Shown here in pieces: positions 30,418 through 40,979 of a stretch of DNA of 64,000 nt; the first letter of the stretch is position 1; every line of letters starts with the position of its first letter. The DNA comes from an uncultured bacterium (lineage in GTDB: Bacteria; Patescibacteriota; Minisyncoccia; Phycocordibacterales; GWA1-40-21), in NCBI GenBank assembly GCA_963840885.1, contig CAWJAN010000006.1, positions 116,530 through 180,529 on the forward strand. The letters are read 5' to 3'. A program made the translations under genes and the position numbers. The notes below the pieces were generated by a model. The model had not been told where the DNA came from and searched no databases. It saw only the letters and a program-made list of their open reading frames with translations.

Positions 30418-31468
30418 CTATAGCAACTTACTCGGATTTTTTTTGTTCAGATGCTTCCTAGCCCTGTCTGTAGTTGTCCTTCCGCGCGGCGTTCGTTCAA
30501 TAAATCCAAGCTGCAGGAGATATGGCTCATAAACATCTTCTATGGTGGCTTGCTCTTCGGAAAGGGCAGCGGCAAGAGTATTGAGGCCCGACTGGCCCGC
30601 CATTGAATTTATCTTCTATGATTTCAAGCATTGCGCTATCGGCGCTGTTTAATCCGAATTCATCTATACCGAGCATATCTATAGCTTCTTTCACGAGTTC
30701 TTCGGTAAGGTCTTTGTTTTCTGACTTGAGCCAAGATCACGACCTCTTTTCAGGAGATAATTGGCGGTTCGCGGAGTAGATCTGCTTCTTTTGGCTATTT
30801 CTTTTTTTGCCTGCTTCGTCCATTTTCACTCCGAGAATTTTTGCTGATCGTTCTATTATTTTTTCTATCTCTTCATCGGTATAAAATTCAAGTTTGAACA
30901 CTCCACCGGAAAATCGTGAGCGAAGCGGAGCGGAGAGCATTGCGACTCTTGTCGTCGCAGCGATCAAAGTAAATGGCGGAAGCTCGAGCTGAATCGTTCT
31001 TGCGACTTGGTCCTTTGCCTATAATTATATCAAGTGGCCTGATTCCATCGCAGGATATAGGACTTCTTCAATAGTTTTGTTCAGTCTATGGATTTCGTCT
31101 ATGAAAAGTATGTCGCCAGCCGAAAGATTCGTAAGTATGGAAGCGAGGTCGCCGACTTTTTCTATTGCCGGTCCGGAAGTGGTTTTTATCTGAGCTCCGA
31201 TTTCCTTTGCTATGAGATTTGCCAGAGTCGTCTTGCCTAGCCCGGGAGATCCATAAAAAAGAATATGCTCGGGCGGGTGATTCCTTTGACGGGCCGCCTC
31301 GAGCAGTATTTTAAGATTATCTTTTATGTTTTTCTGGCCTATATATTCGTTCCAGGATGAAGGCCTGAGCGTCTGGTCTAGAAATTTTACGTCGCCGTTT
31401 AAATGGCTATTTTCATCATTATTTTCGGTATTAGGAGCCTTTTTGTCATTTTTTCTTGACATATTCAT
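30418..31468 (-). pseudogene. ruvB: Holliday junction helicase RuvB, fragmented by multiple frameshifts
   Basis: N-terminal piece with Walker [12 protein letters not shown], Walker [11 protein letters not shown] (31025-31468); middle piece ..[17 protein letters not shown].. (30737-30967); C-terminal winged-helix piece (30418-30603). Confidence 0.7.
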
Positions 31469-31548
31469 ATACTATGCTAAACTGTCCAACAGTGAGCCTG
31501 AACAGGGCTTTTTAATTTAGTCCCTAAAGTTTTTTCGAAGTTCTGGAT

Positions 31549-31698
31549 ATAAATCTCTAAACAATTTTGCTCGCAAGAGTCTACGAGTTTTTTTTCAAGG
31601 ACATTCTGGTTTATTTCTTCGGAAATACTGCTGGAGTCATCCTTAAAGGCTAACTTAACTTTTTACCGCCAGGTTTAAAGTATTGTTTAGAGATTTAT
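31549..31698. repeat. 17-bp perfect inverted repeat pair (ataaatctctaaacaat / attgtttagagatttat) bracketing 116 nt in an ORF-free gap
   Basis: 31549-31565 and 31682-31698 are exact reverse complements. Confidence 0.5.
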
Positions 31699-31821
31699 GT
31701 TTTGAACTTATAAGCCGGTCCTTGAGATAGGAGCGGCATATTTTGTTTTTTAATCTCTTAATTTTTATACTATTCTCCTTTAAAACTTTTGCAAGTGCAC
31801 AAAAACTTCATGCCACGTTTT

Positions 31822-33528
<1,707 letters not shown>

Positions 33529-33770
33529 GTGGAATTCGGAAACGATTCAGCGTCAAGACAGCATTTGATTATTATCCGTTTCGGGATTAGTATGAATTTC
33601 AGAAATATCCGCTTACTCTAATAGGTGAGGCCCATAAGCTCTTATTACAGGGTTAATAAAGGCATTTCCATAAAACCCTTATTTTAAGCCATATTTTCTT
33701 ATGGTTACCCTCTTGACTTTTTAAAACATTAATATATAATATACAAGTAAATAAAAATCAATAAAAACAT

Positions 33771-34754
33771 ATGAAAAATTTAATAAATACAAACAAATAC
33801 GTTTTGGCACTCCCGGCACTCTTGCTTGTCGCTGTATTTACTGTTGCCAAGCCTGTCTTTGCTCAGGAATACGTAGACGGAGGCGACGGATATACGTATA
33901 TTGACGGTGGAAGCGGTACCTCATATGTGGATGGTGGAAACGGATATACTTATGTAGATGGAGGCAATGGTTATACTTATGTTGATGGCGGAAACGGATA
34001 CACTTATACTCCAACACCAACATACGCACCTGCTTATATTCCTTCTTCAAATCCCGTAACTGTTTATTCCGGTGGTTCAGATGTAACTTACTATTCTTCC
34101 CCTGATTCATATTATTATCCGGTTACACCAGGAGTCGTATATTCAGGCGGAGCTTATGGCGGAACACCGGCATCTCCATCAACATATACTTCAAGCGGAC
34201 AGACAACGGTTTATTCCGGAAGCGCTTCAGGAGGCAATCCTTCTTCAGGATATACATATTATTATCCGACAAACGGAACAACCGTTTCAAACGGAGCGGT
34301 TTATTCCGGAGTTCCTAATCAGGTTCTTGCTTATACCGATACCAGAAACCCGCAGCTCTCATCTGTTTATTTGAGCGATGTTCCTTATACAGGAGCAGGA
34401 GATGTCTTCAAGATTATTCTTTTTGCACTTGCACTTATATCATGGAGCTTGTTCGCCACATTTATGATCTTGAAAAGAAAAGCAAAAACCCAGCTTGCTG
34501 AAGTTGTAGTTTCAAACGGATCTGCAGAAAGAAAAGAAAATGAATTTGCAACTTTGCTTGATTCCGATTCAAGAGACATAGCTTCAATAGAAGCGCTCGC
34601 AAGAGAAAACAAAGTATTGCTTTCTACCGATGCCGCATCAAGGCTCGTAAAGATAGAAAGATTGAACGGAGTAAGGGCTTCCTATATACTCAAAAACGCT
34701 TCAAAGGGAGAATGGACAACCCTCGGAGAAAAGGATTTGGAAAAGTATCTCTAA
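33771..34754 (+). CDS. secreted repeat protein with C-terminal TM anchor and cytoplasmic tail
   Basis: Signal peptide; tandem DGGNGYTYV repeats; Y/S/G/T/P-rich; TM IILFALALISWSLFATFMIL near C-terminus. Confidence 0.45.
   Translation: MKNLINTNKYVLALPALLLVAVFTVAKPVFAQEYVDGGDGYTYIDGGSGTSYVDGGNGYTYVDGGNGYTYVDGGNGYTYTPTPTYAPAYIPSSNPVTVYSGGSDVTYYSSPDSYYYPVTPGVVYSGGAYGGTPASPSTYTSSGQTTVYSGSASGGNPSSGYTYYYPTNGTTVSNGAVYSGVPNQVLAYTDTRNPQLSSVYLSDVPYTGAGDVFKIILFALALISWSLFATFMILKRKAKTQLAEVVVSNGSAERKENEFATLLDSDSRDIASIEALARENKVLLSTDAASRLVKIERLNGVRASYILKNASKGEWTTLGEKDLEKYL
33880..34015 (+). repeat. about 5 tandem 27-nt coding repeats (DGG[ND]GYTY[VI])
   Basis: gatggaggcaatggttatacttatgtt-type units repeated in frame. 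Confidence 0.5.
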
Positions 34755-34763
34755 ATACAATAT

Positions 34764-34791
34764 AAAAACCCGCCGGAAAGGCGGGTTTTTA
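34764..34791 (+). terminator. rho-independent terminator
   Basis: aaaaa-cccgcc-ggaaa-ggcggg-ttttta. Confidence 0.6.
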
Positions 34792-34798
34792 TATTGTA

Positions 34799-34826
34799 TT
34801 GACAAATTCTTATAATAGTGTATACT
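34799..34826 (+). promoter_or_regulatory. sigma70-type promoter of GC-rich cassette 1
   Basis: TTGACA (34799-34804), 16 nt spacer, TATACT (34821-34826); RBS GGAGG 34861-34865. Confidence 0.5.
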
Positions 34827-34870
34827 TTATACCGAAGTTCATCACATAGTTTTTGTCCAAGGAGGACAAC

Positions 34871-35398
34871 ATGATCAATCACAGCACCGAACAGATTCAA
34901 GTGCCGTCCACCGTGGATGTCATCAAGATTCGCAGGGTCCTTTGGGTCCTGTTCGCGGTCATTTTGATCGCGATGTTCATAGGTTTCCTGTTTCATTTCC
35001 TGTTGCAAAAGTACTCGTTCAAAATCGAGGAAAAGGGGAATGGGCAGCCGGCGGCGGCGCAGAATTATGCTCCGCCTTCCTCAATGGTCCCGAACGATGC
35101 GCAAGCATCTGCCGGTACGCCGACAAAATTCGTAGCAGTCTTTACGAGCTACGAACAGCCGGTTAGGTTTGTGAACGGCACAACCATGCAGGATATCTGC
35201 AAGGTTTATCCGCCTGATTCAGGCAATGATTCGCGGGAAACGCGCGTCAGAGTTCACAACGACCAAGAAGCGAGAGGATATTTTCTTCTCGTCGAGGATA
35301 TGTCCGGAAGGGTTTTGGCGAAGCATGACTTCGACATGACTCTGAACGGCCGGTGGAAATGGTCCGTGAAAACTGACCAAACTGAACCGATGAGCTGA
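34871..35398 (+). CDS. hypothetical single-pass membrane protein, compositionally foreign (GC about 50%)
   Basis: ATG at 34871 is 5 nt after GGAGG; TM VLWVLFAVILIAMFIGFLFHFLL; Pro/Ala/Gln linker; about 90-aa C-terminal domain; G/C-ending codons unlike the neighbours. Confidence 0.55.
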   Translation: MINHSTEQIQVPSTVDVIKIRRVLWVLFAVILIAMFIGFLFHFLLQKYSFKIEEKGNGQPAAAQNYAPPSSMVPNDAQASAGTPTKFVAVFTSYEQPVRFVNGTTMQDICKVYPPDSGNDSRETRVRVHNDQEARGYFLLVEDMSGRVLAKHDFDMTLNGRWKWSVKTDQTEPMS

Positions 35399-35410
35399 GC
35401 TTCACCCAGG

Positions 35411-35488
35411 GCCTCGCAACCGTTAACACGGTTTGCGAGGCTCTTTTTATTTAGGCGGATTTTGCGAAGCAAAATCCGCCTATTTTTT
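35411..35488 (+). terminator. tandem pair of rho-independent terminators
   Basis: gcctcgcaaccg-ttaaca-cggtttgcgaggc + ctttttattt; then ggcggattttgc-gaa-gcaaaatccgcc + tatttttt. Confidence 0.6.
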
Positions 35489-35504
35489 GTGTTAAAATCT
35501 ATTT

Positions 35505-35939
35505 ATGGTAAAAATCAGCAAGAGCCTCGAAGAAACGCAGGCCGTAGCAAAGGATTTTCTGGAAAAGATAACGGAAATTTCCCATAATAAAGCGCTTATG
35601 GCTGGCCTTTATGGCGATTTGGGTTCCGGTAAAACGACTTTTACACAAGATGTCGCCAAAATTCTCGGAATAAACGATTTTGTCACGAGCCCGACTTATG
35701 TGATAGAAAAAGTATATAATATAAAATATAAATCTTTCGAAAAGTTTATACATATAGATTTATACAGGATTGAATCAGCGAAAGAATTATTGCATTTGAA
35801 TTGGAAGGAAATAACAGATAATCCGAAGAATTTGATTTTCATAGAATGGCCAGAAAAGATTTCGGAAATAATGCCGCAGGACAGCATAAAAATAAATTTT
35901 GAATTCATTTCCGAAGACAAAAGAAAAATAGAATATTAA
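35505..35939 (+). CDS. tsaE: tRNA threonylcarbamoyladenosine biosynthesis protein TsaE
   Basis: P-loop GDLGSGKTTF, ..VTSPTYVIEKVY.. Confidence 0.75.
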   Translation: MVKISKSLEETQAVAKDFLEKITEISHNKALMAGLYGDLGSGKTTFTQDVAKILGINDFVTSPTYVIEKVYNIKYKSFEKFIHIDLYRIESAKELLHLNWKEITDNPKNLIFIEWPEKISEIMPQDSIKINFEFISEDKRKIEY

Positions 35940-35942
35940 AAA

Positions 35943-38414
35943 ATGGCAAAGACCGAAGAAAAAAATAAGACATTGGTGCTTCTTGATTCCCAGGCAATAA
36001 TACACCGCGCATATCATGCCATGCCGGAATTCGCCACATCAAAAGGCGTTCCTACCGGCGCTCTTTACGGGCTTTCCAATATGCTTTTAAAAATTATTAC
36101 CGAACTGAAGCCCGATTATATAGTGGCTTGTTACGATTTGCCGAAGCCGACTTACCGCCATATCGCATACAAGGAATACAAGGCACACAGGGCGAAAGCT
36201 GCGGAAGATCTGGTGGATCAGATAAAAAAATCATACGATATTTTTCATGCGTTCAATATACCGATTTATTCCCATGAAGGTTTTGAGGCTGACGATATGA
36301 TAGGCACTATAGTCGAAAAAACAAAGAAAGAAAAAAATCTGAATGTAATAATCGCTTCAGGTGATATGGATACTTTGCAGCTAGTCGATGATGACAGGGT
36401 GCGCGTCTATACGCTGAAGAAAGGAATAAGCGATACGATTTTATATAACGAAAAGGCGGTTAATGAACGGTACGGATTCGGCCCAGAATTTTTGCCGGAT
36501 TACAAAGGGCTTTGCGGAGACCAGTCGGATAATATTCCTGGAATAAAAGGAATAGGAGATAAAAGCGCGACAGATTTGATTACGCAATTCGGCCACATAG
36601 AGGATATTTACAAGAAGCTTAAGAAAGGAAAAAAAGAATTCGAAAAAGCCGGCATAAAAGAGAGGATAATAGGCCTCCTTGAGACAGGCGAGGAAGAAGC
36701 TAATTTTTCCAAAATGCTCGGCACCATAAACAGGGAAGCGCCGATAGACTGGAAGATGCCGGGTAAGACTTGGCGCGAAGCCATAGATACGGAAAAAATA
36801 AATTCCGTCTGGACGGATCTCGAATTCAGGACGCTTGGAACAAGATTGAAAAATATCCTAGACGGAAAAGAGGAAATAAAAGGCAAAAAAGAATCAAAAA
36901 ATATGGAAGAGGAGAAATCGCCAGCAAGGACGCAGGAGATGTTTTCATTTTCTGGTTCAGAAGAAAAAATGAAAGAGCTCGAGATAATGCTTTGGCTCAT
37001 CAATTCAAATATCACGAACCCCAAAGCCGAAGATATTTATAATTTTACCAAGGCAAAAAATTTAGATGACGCCGAAAAGATTATTTCCAAAGAAATCGAA
37101 AAGAGAAAATTGGAAGGAGTCTGGGAAAAAATAGAAAAGCCGCTTATTTCAATAATAGACGAAATGGAAAAGGTCGGATTCAAGATAGATAAAAAGGAAA
37201 TGGAAAGGCTTTCTAAAGATTATCATAAGAGTCTTTCCCTTCTGGAGAAAAAAATATGGGACCTTGCCGGCAGCGAGTTCAACATAAATTCACCCAAGCA
37301 GCTTGGTGAAATCATTTTCGTGAAGCTCGGCCTCAAAGCCAAAAGCCAGAAGAAGACGGCTGGCGGAGCGTTTTCCACCAAAGAATCCGAACTGGAAAAA
37401 CTCAGGGAAATGAATCCGATAATAAATCTGATAATAGAATACAGGGAATTCCAGAAGCTTCTCTCCACTTATATAGATGTCATACCGGAACTTCTAGATA
37501 AGGATAATAGACTGCATACTAAATTTTTGCAGGCCGGAACGACGACAGGCAGGCTCGCATCGTCTAATCCGAATCTTCAGAATATCCCGAACGAAAGCGA
37601 ACTGGGCCGGAATATCAGGGCGGCTTTCATCGCGGATAAGGGAACAAAGCTTTTGTCCTTCGACTATTCTCAGGCTGAGCTCCGCATAGCGGCTTTTATG
37701 GCGCCGGATGAAAAGCTTCTTGAAATATTCAGGAACGGCATGGATGTGCATGCCGCCGTGGCTTCGGAAGTCTTCAATGTGCCGCTCGATAAAGTGGACA
37801 AGGAAATGAGGCGCCGGGCAAAAGTTATAAATTTCGGAATAATGTACGGAATGGGCGCAAATGCACTCCGCATAAATTTAAGCGGAGCCCAGACGATAAT
37901 CACAGAAGCGAGGCCGGCATATTCCGGCGCCGTAAGCAGAGAAGAAGCCCAGAAATATCTAAATGAGTATTTCAATAAATTTTCCGGCCTTGCGAAATAC
38001 CTGGAAAGGATAAAAGCTGAAGCCAAGGAAAAAGGATATACGGAAACTTTTTTCGGCAGGAGAAGATATTTTGAAGGATTGAATTCGAAGATACCTTATA
38101 TAAGGGCGATGGCAGAGAGGATGGCTATAAATGCGCCGATACAAGGGACTGAAGCCGATCTCATAAAGCTTGCGATGATTCGTATCGACGAATATTTGAA
38201 AAAAGAAAATCTGTCGGAAAAAATCAAGCTTATACTGCAGGTTCATGACGAGCTCGTATATGAAGCGGACGAAAGCATTGCTGAAAAAATCGCGCCGAAG
38301 CTCGAGAAGCTTATGGAATCGGTTATTTCAAAAGAAGATTCCAAAGGAGTTATAATGAAAGCATCAAGTTCGATGGGAGAAAACTGGAAAGAAATGAAGA
38401 AGATAAACAGTTAA
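35943..38414 (+). CDS. polA: DNA polymerase I (5'-3' exonuclease + polymerase; degenerate 3'-5' exo region)
   Basis: 5'-nuclease and H3TH GIKGIGDKSA; polymerase motif A DYSQAELRI, motif B RRAKVINFGIMYG, motif C QVHDELVYE. Confidence 0.9.
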   Translation: MAKTEEKNKTLVLLDSQAIIHRAYHAMPEFATSKGVPTGALYGLSNMLLKIITELKPDYIVACYDLPKPTYRHIAYKEYKAHRAKAAEDLVDQIKKSYDIFHAFNIPIYSHEGFEADDMIGTIVEKTKKEKNLNVIIASGDMDTLQLVDDDRVRVYTLKKGISDTILYNEKAVNERYGFGPEFLPDYKGLCGDQSDNIPGIKGIGDKSATDLITQFGHIEDIYKKLKKGKKEFEKAGIKERIIGLLETGEEEANFSKMLGTINREAPIDWKMPGKTWREAIDTEKINSVWTDLEFRTLGTRLKNILDGKEEIKGKKESKNMEEEKSPARTQEMFSFSGSEEKMKELEIMLWLINSNITNPKAEDIYNFTKAKNLDDAEKIISKEIEKRKLEGVWEKIEKPLISIIDEMEKVGFKIDKKEMERLSKDYHKSLSLLEKKIWDLAGSEFNINSPKQLGEIIFVKLGLKAKSQKKTAGGAFSTKESELEKLREMNPIINLIIEYREFQKLLSTYIDVIPELLDKDNRLHTKFLQAGTTTGRLASSNPNLQNIPNESELGRNIRAAFIADKGTKLLSFDYSQAELRIAAFMAPDEKLLEIFRNGMDVHAAVASEVFNVPLDKVDKEMRRRAKVINFGIMYGMGANALRINLSGAQTIITEARPAYSGAVSREEAQKYLNEYFNKFSGLAKYLERIKAEAKEKGYTETFFGRRRYFEGLNSKIPYIRAMAERMAINAPIQGTEADLIKLAMIRIDEYLKKENLSEKIKLILQVHDELVYEADESIAEKIAPKLEKLMESVISKEDSKGVIMKASSSMGENWKEMKKINS

Positions 38415-38433
38415 AAGCAAATAAAGTTAAAAT

Positions 38434-38739
38434 ATGAAAGGAAAAAAATTTGAATATATCTATGCGGCAATAACGGTATTTGCGCTCAATATAGCGATAT
38501 TCCTGCTCAGCGGAAAATTCATAAGCTTTTTCCTGTTTATAAACAATGGAGCCAGCAAAGCCTTATTGTTTCTCGATGTATTGTTTATTATATTCGCTTT
38601 CGCATATATGTTTTTAGGAAACATGGCATATATACACGAAAAAAGAAAATCGCTCGGAATCGTTTTTATTGCTCTTGGATTTCTGCTTGCGCTCTATTAC
38701 ATTCCTATAGCCATCTCTCTTCTCGTAAAAGTCTTTTAA
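38434..38739 (+). CDS. small membrane protein (hypothetical)
   Basis: 101 aa, three hydrophobic helices. Confidence 0.35.
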   Translation: MKGKKFEYIYAAITVFALNIAIFLLSGKFISFFLFINNGASKALLFLDVLFIIFAFAYMFLGNMAYIHEKRKSLGIVFIALGFLLALYYIPIAISLLVKVF

Positions 38740-38744
38740 TTAAA

Positions 38745-38790
38745 AATCAGGGTTTCCGTTTTAGCGGAAGCCCTGATTTTTAATTTTTAT
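38745..38790. terminator. bidirectional terminator (polA operon / tig)
   Basis: atcagggtttccg-tttta-gcggaagccctgat flanked by A/T runs. Confidence 0.5.
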
Positions 38791-39842
38791 TTCTGCCCTT
38801 CCAAAAACTTCACCACTTCATCATTCGATAATTGCATTTCCACATAGGCGCGGACTCTTTCTTCACTCGCATCTTTGTAATGCTGCATAAGGTGCTTCAT
38901 TTCTTTTTCCACAGCATCCTTATTCGGTTCGAGTTTTTCCTCAAGTGATATTTTCTGTAGTATTATTTGCATCTTCGCTCTTTTTTCTGCATCCGGCATC
39001 CATTCTTTCCTAAGGTCTTCCCAGTTTTTCTTTATATGCTTTAAATATTCTTCCGGCTGAAGCCCCATATTTGCGATATCGCCTTTGAACTGCGCTTCCA
39101 TCTTGTCGAGTTCGCTTTCCACAAGCGCTTTCGGCATCTCAATCTTCGATTCCTCGGTAATATTATCTATGATTTCAAGAACTTTTTTATTCCTAGCCTT
39201 GACCTTCTTCTCTTCCGCAATATTCATTTTCAGTTTTTCCCTGAAATCGTAGACACTTTTGAAATCGCCGAGCTTTTTTACGAGCTCATCATTAAGTTCC
39301 GGCAATTCCTGTTTTTCATTTTCCTTATGTTCTTCGCCTGGAGCATGAATATGATTCTGCTCGGCATACATCTTTCGGATTTGTTCTATCGTTTCCTCAA
39401 CTTGTTTTTCGGTGACTTCTTCCGGCTTCTCCTCTTTTGAATTTATTTTTTTGGCTATTTTTTTATAGTCGGCAAGCTTCGCTTCCGGCATTGTCATGAC
39501 TTTAATCTTGAATTCTATGGGAGAGCCTGGAGCTATTTTTGTGACGGAGATTTCAGGCCTGCCAAGGAAATTAATCTTAGATTCCACGAGTATTTCTATG
39601 GCGGAATCGTTTATTGCAAGTTCCGCTGCTTCCTCAAGGAGCCCGAGTTCACCGACCTTTTCTTTTATCATAGTTTCAGGAACTTGGCCTTTTCTGAAAC
39701 CAGGCAACTCCGTAATTGCTTTTATTTTTTTAAGGGCTTTTTCTTTGTACGTTTCGATTCCTTCTTTTTCTATTTCCGCGGAAATTTCCACGATGCATTC
39801 CGGTAGCTTTTTGGTATCTTTTATCTTGTATATTTTTGTCAT
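38787..39842 (-). CDS. tig: trigger factor (short form, probably lacking PPIase domain)
   Basis: N-terminal signature ..LPGFRKGQVP..; helical C-terminal arm domain; 351 aa. Confidence 0.7.
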   Translation of the reverse strand: MTKIYKIKDTKKLPECIVEISAEIEKEGIETYKEKALKKIKAITELPGFRKGQVPETMIKEKVGELGLLEEAAELAINDSAIEILVESKINFLGRPEISVTKIAPGSPIEFKIKVMTMPEAKLADYKKIAKKINSKEEKPEEVTEKQVEETIEQIRKMYAEQNHIHAPGEEHKENEKQELPELNDELVKKLGDFKSVYDFREKLKMNIAEEKKVKARNKKVLEIIDNITEESKIEMPKALVESELDKMEAQFKGDIANMGLQPEEYLKHIKKNWEDLRKEWMPDAEKRAKMQIILQKISLEEKLEPNKDAVEKEMKHLMQHYKDASEERVRAYVEMQLSNDEVVKFLEGQK

Positions 39843-39880
39843 AAAAGTGAGTCTACATTAAACCAAATGAAAATGCAAAA

Positions 39881-39912
39881 TGCCGCCGTGCAGAGGCGCG
39901 GCGGCATTTTTA
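39881..39912 (-). terminator. terminator downstream of small minus-strand gene
   Basis: gccgccgtgcag-agg-cgcggcggc hairpin with flanking T-rich run on the minus strand. Confidence 0.5.
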
Positions 39913-39917
39913 GCTTT

Positions 39918-40163
39918 TTATTGCAGCTGGTCTACGCCCTGTCCAAGATTGTCTAAATTCATATTGGCCGCATCGTTCTCTAGTGAATTTATATCATCAG
40001 ACTGGCTTGTTGTGCCCTGGCTTTGAGTCGTTGAAGCCGCGTTCTGCGTTTGCGTTAGGCTTGCTCTTTGGCCTATGAAATATACAGCCCCGATTAAAAG
40101 GACTATTATTATGATTATTATTCCTATTATCGCCCCTGCCCCTTCTTCATTTTTATTTTGCAT
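39918..40163 (-). CDS. small membrane protein with Gln/Thr/Ser-rich tail (hypothetical)
   Basis: IIGIIIIIIVLLIGAVYFIG TM. Confidence 0.35.
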   Translation of the reverse strand: MQNKNEEGAGAIIGIIIIIIVLLIGAVYFIGQRASLTQTQNAASTTQSQGTTSQSDDINSLENDAANMNLDNLGQGVDQLQ

Positions 40164-40210
40164 TTTATTTTTTATATTTGGCTTGTTAAAGCGACCTTTT
40201 TAATTAATTT

Positions 40211-40834
40211 TTATGATTGTATTGTCGAAGTCGAATTTTCCTGATCCTGCTTCAGCGATTCGATGACTTTTACCAGATCGGAGCGTGCAGTTTTCACATC
40301 CTGCAGAAGTTTTTTGTTTTCGGTTTGCAGATCCGAAAGGATAGTTTTTCTCGTTGATGTTGATGTCGTCGCTGAGAGCTCATCCGTGAAAGACTGCATA
40401 TCCGTTTTTACTACAGCTATGTCGGCTTGAGCGGTAGTCAGAAGTATCTGTAAAGCTGATACGTCTATTCCGGCAGCATCCATTTTTGCCATCCTTGTTT
40501 CCACTCTAGTTTCAAGATTCGCAAGAATGTCATATGCGTTCGTATATCCTCTCAGTATATTTATCCTGCCCTGATCCATTTTTTTATCTACAAGTTTTTG
40601 AACCAGAGATTTTGTCGTGGAAGCTATCTCATCGTTTCTCTGTTTTACATTTTCAAGCACATTCTGAAGCCTTTCCGCCGGAGTGGTGCTCGCCAGATCT
40701 TCCATCCTTTGCTGGAGGACACTTTTTATTTTTGCTCCTGCAGATCCTGCAGTTGATGCAGTCTGGGCAAATGCGAAGCTTGCCGGAAGTATTGATATTG
40801 CAAATAATATGGAGATAAGTCTTATTTTTTTCAT
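40211..40834 (-). CDS. secreted alpha-helical protein (hypothetical)
   Basis: Signal peptide MKKIRLISILFAISILPASFAFAQ. Confidence 0.4.
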   Translation of the reverse strand: MKKIRLISILFAISILPASFAFAQTASTAGSAGAKIKSVLQQRMEDLASTTPAERLQNVLENVKQRNDEIASTTKSLVQKLVDKKMDQGRINILRGYTNAYDILANLETRVETRMAKMDAAGIDVSALQILLTTAQADIAVVKTDMQSFTDELSATTSTSTRKTILSDLQTENKKLLQDVKTARSDLVKVIESLKQDQENSTSTIQS

Positions 40835-40923
40835 ATTTTTATATTTATACGCTAATAATCTCTATTAGTTGCATTATATAACAGCGGCTTTCTTTTGGAA
40901 AGAATTTTAGCCGGCTTCATTAT

Positions 40924-40960
40924 AAAAAGCCGATTTTACTTTGTAAAATCGGCTTTTTAT
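40924..40960 (-). terminator. terminator downstream of nusA
   Basis: aagccgatttta-ctttg-taaaatcggctt + ttta. Confidence 0.5.
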
Positions 40961-40979
40961 AGATTGTTATAAACAGTTT

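Noticed and set aside
31326-31520. 64-aa plus-strand ORF overlapping the ruvB start
   Set aside because: It is short, antisense to the ruvB N-terminus and its promoter, and has no RBS.
31469-31821. tRNA or tmRNA in the pilB-ruvB gap
   Set aside because: No T-loop GTTCRANYC, no acceptor-stem/CCA pattern and no tag-peptide reading frame ending ..AA* were found. The inverted-repeat element is reported instead.
34853-34870. TTG start for cassette 1 ORF, and overlapping ORFs 34751-35008(-), 34942-35166(+), 35247-35472(-)
   Set aside because: The ATG at 34871 has an ideal GGAGG spacing. The other frames are by-products of raised GC content.
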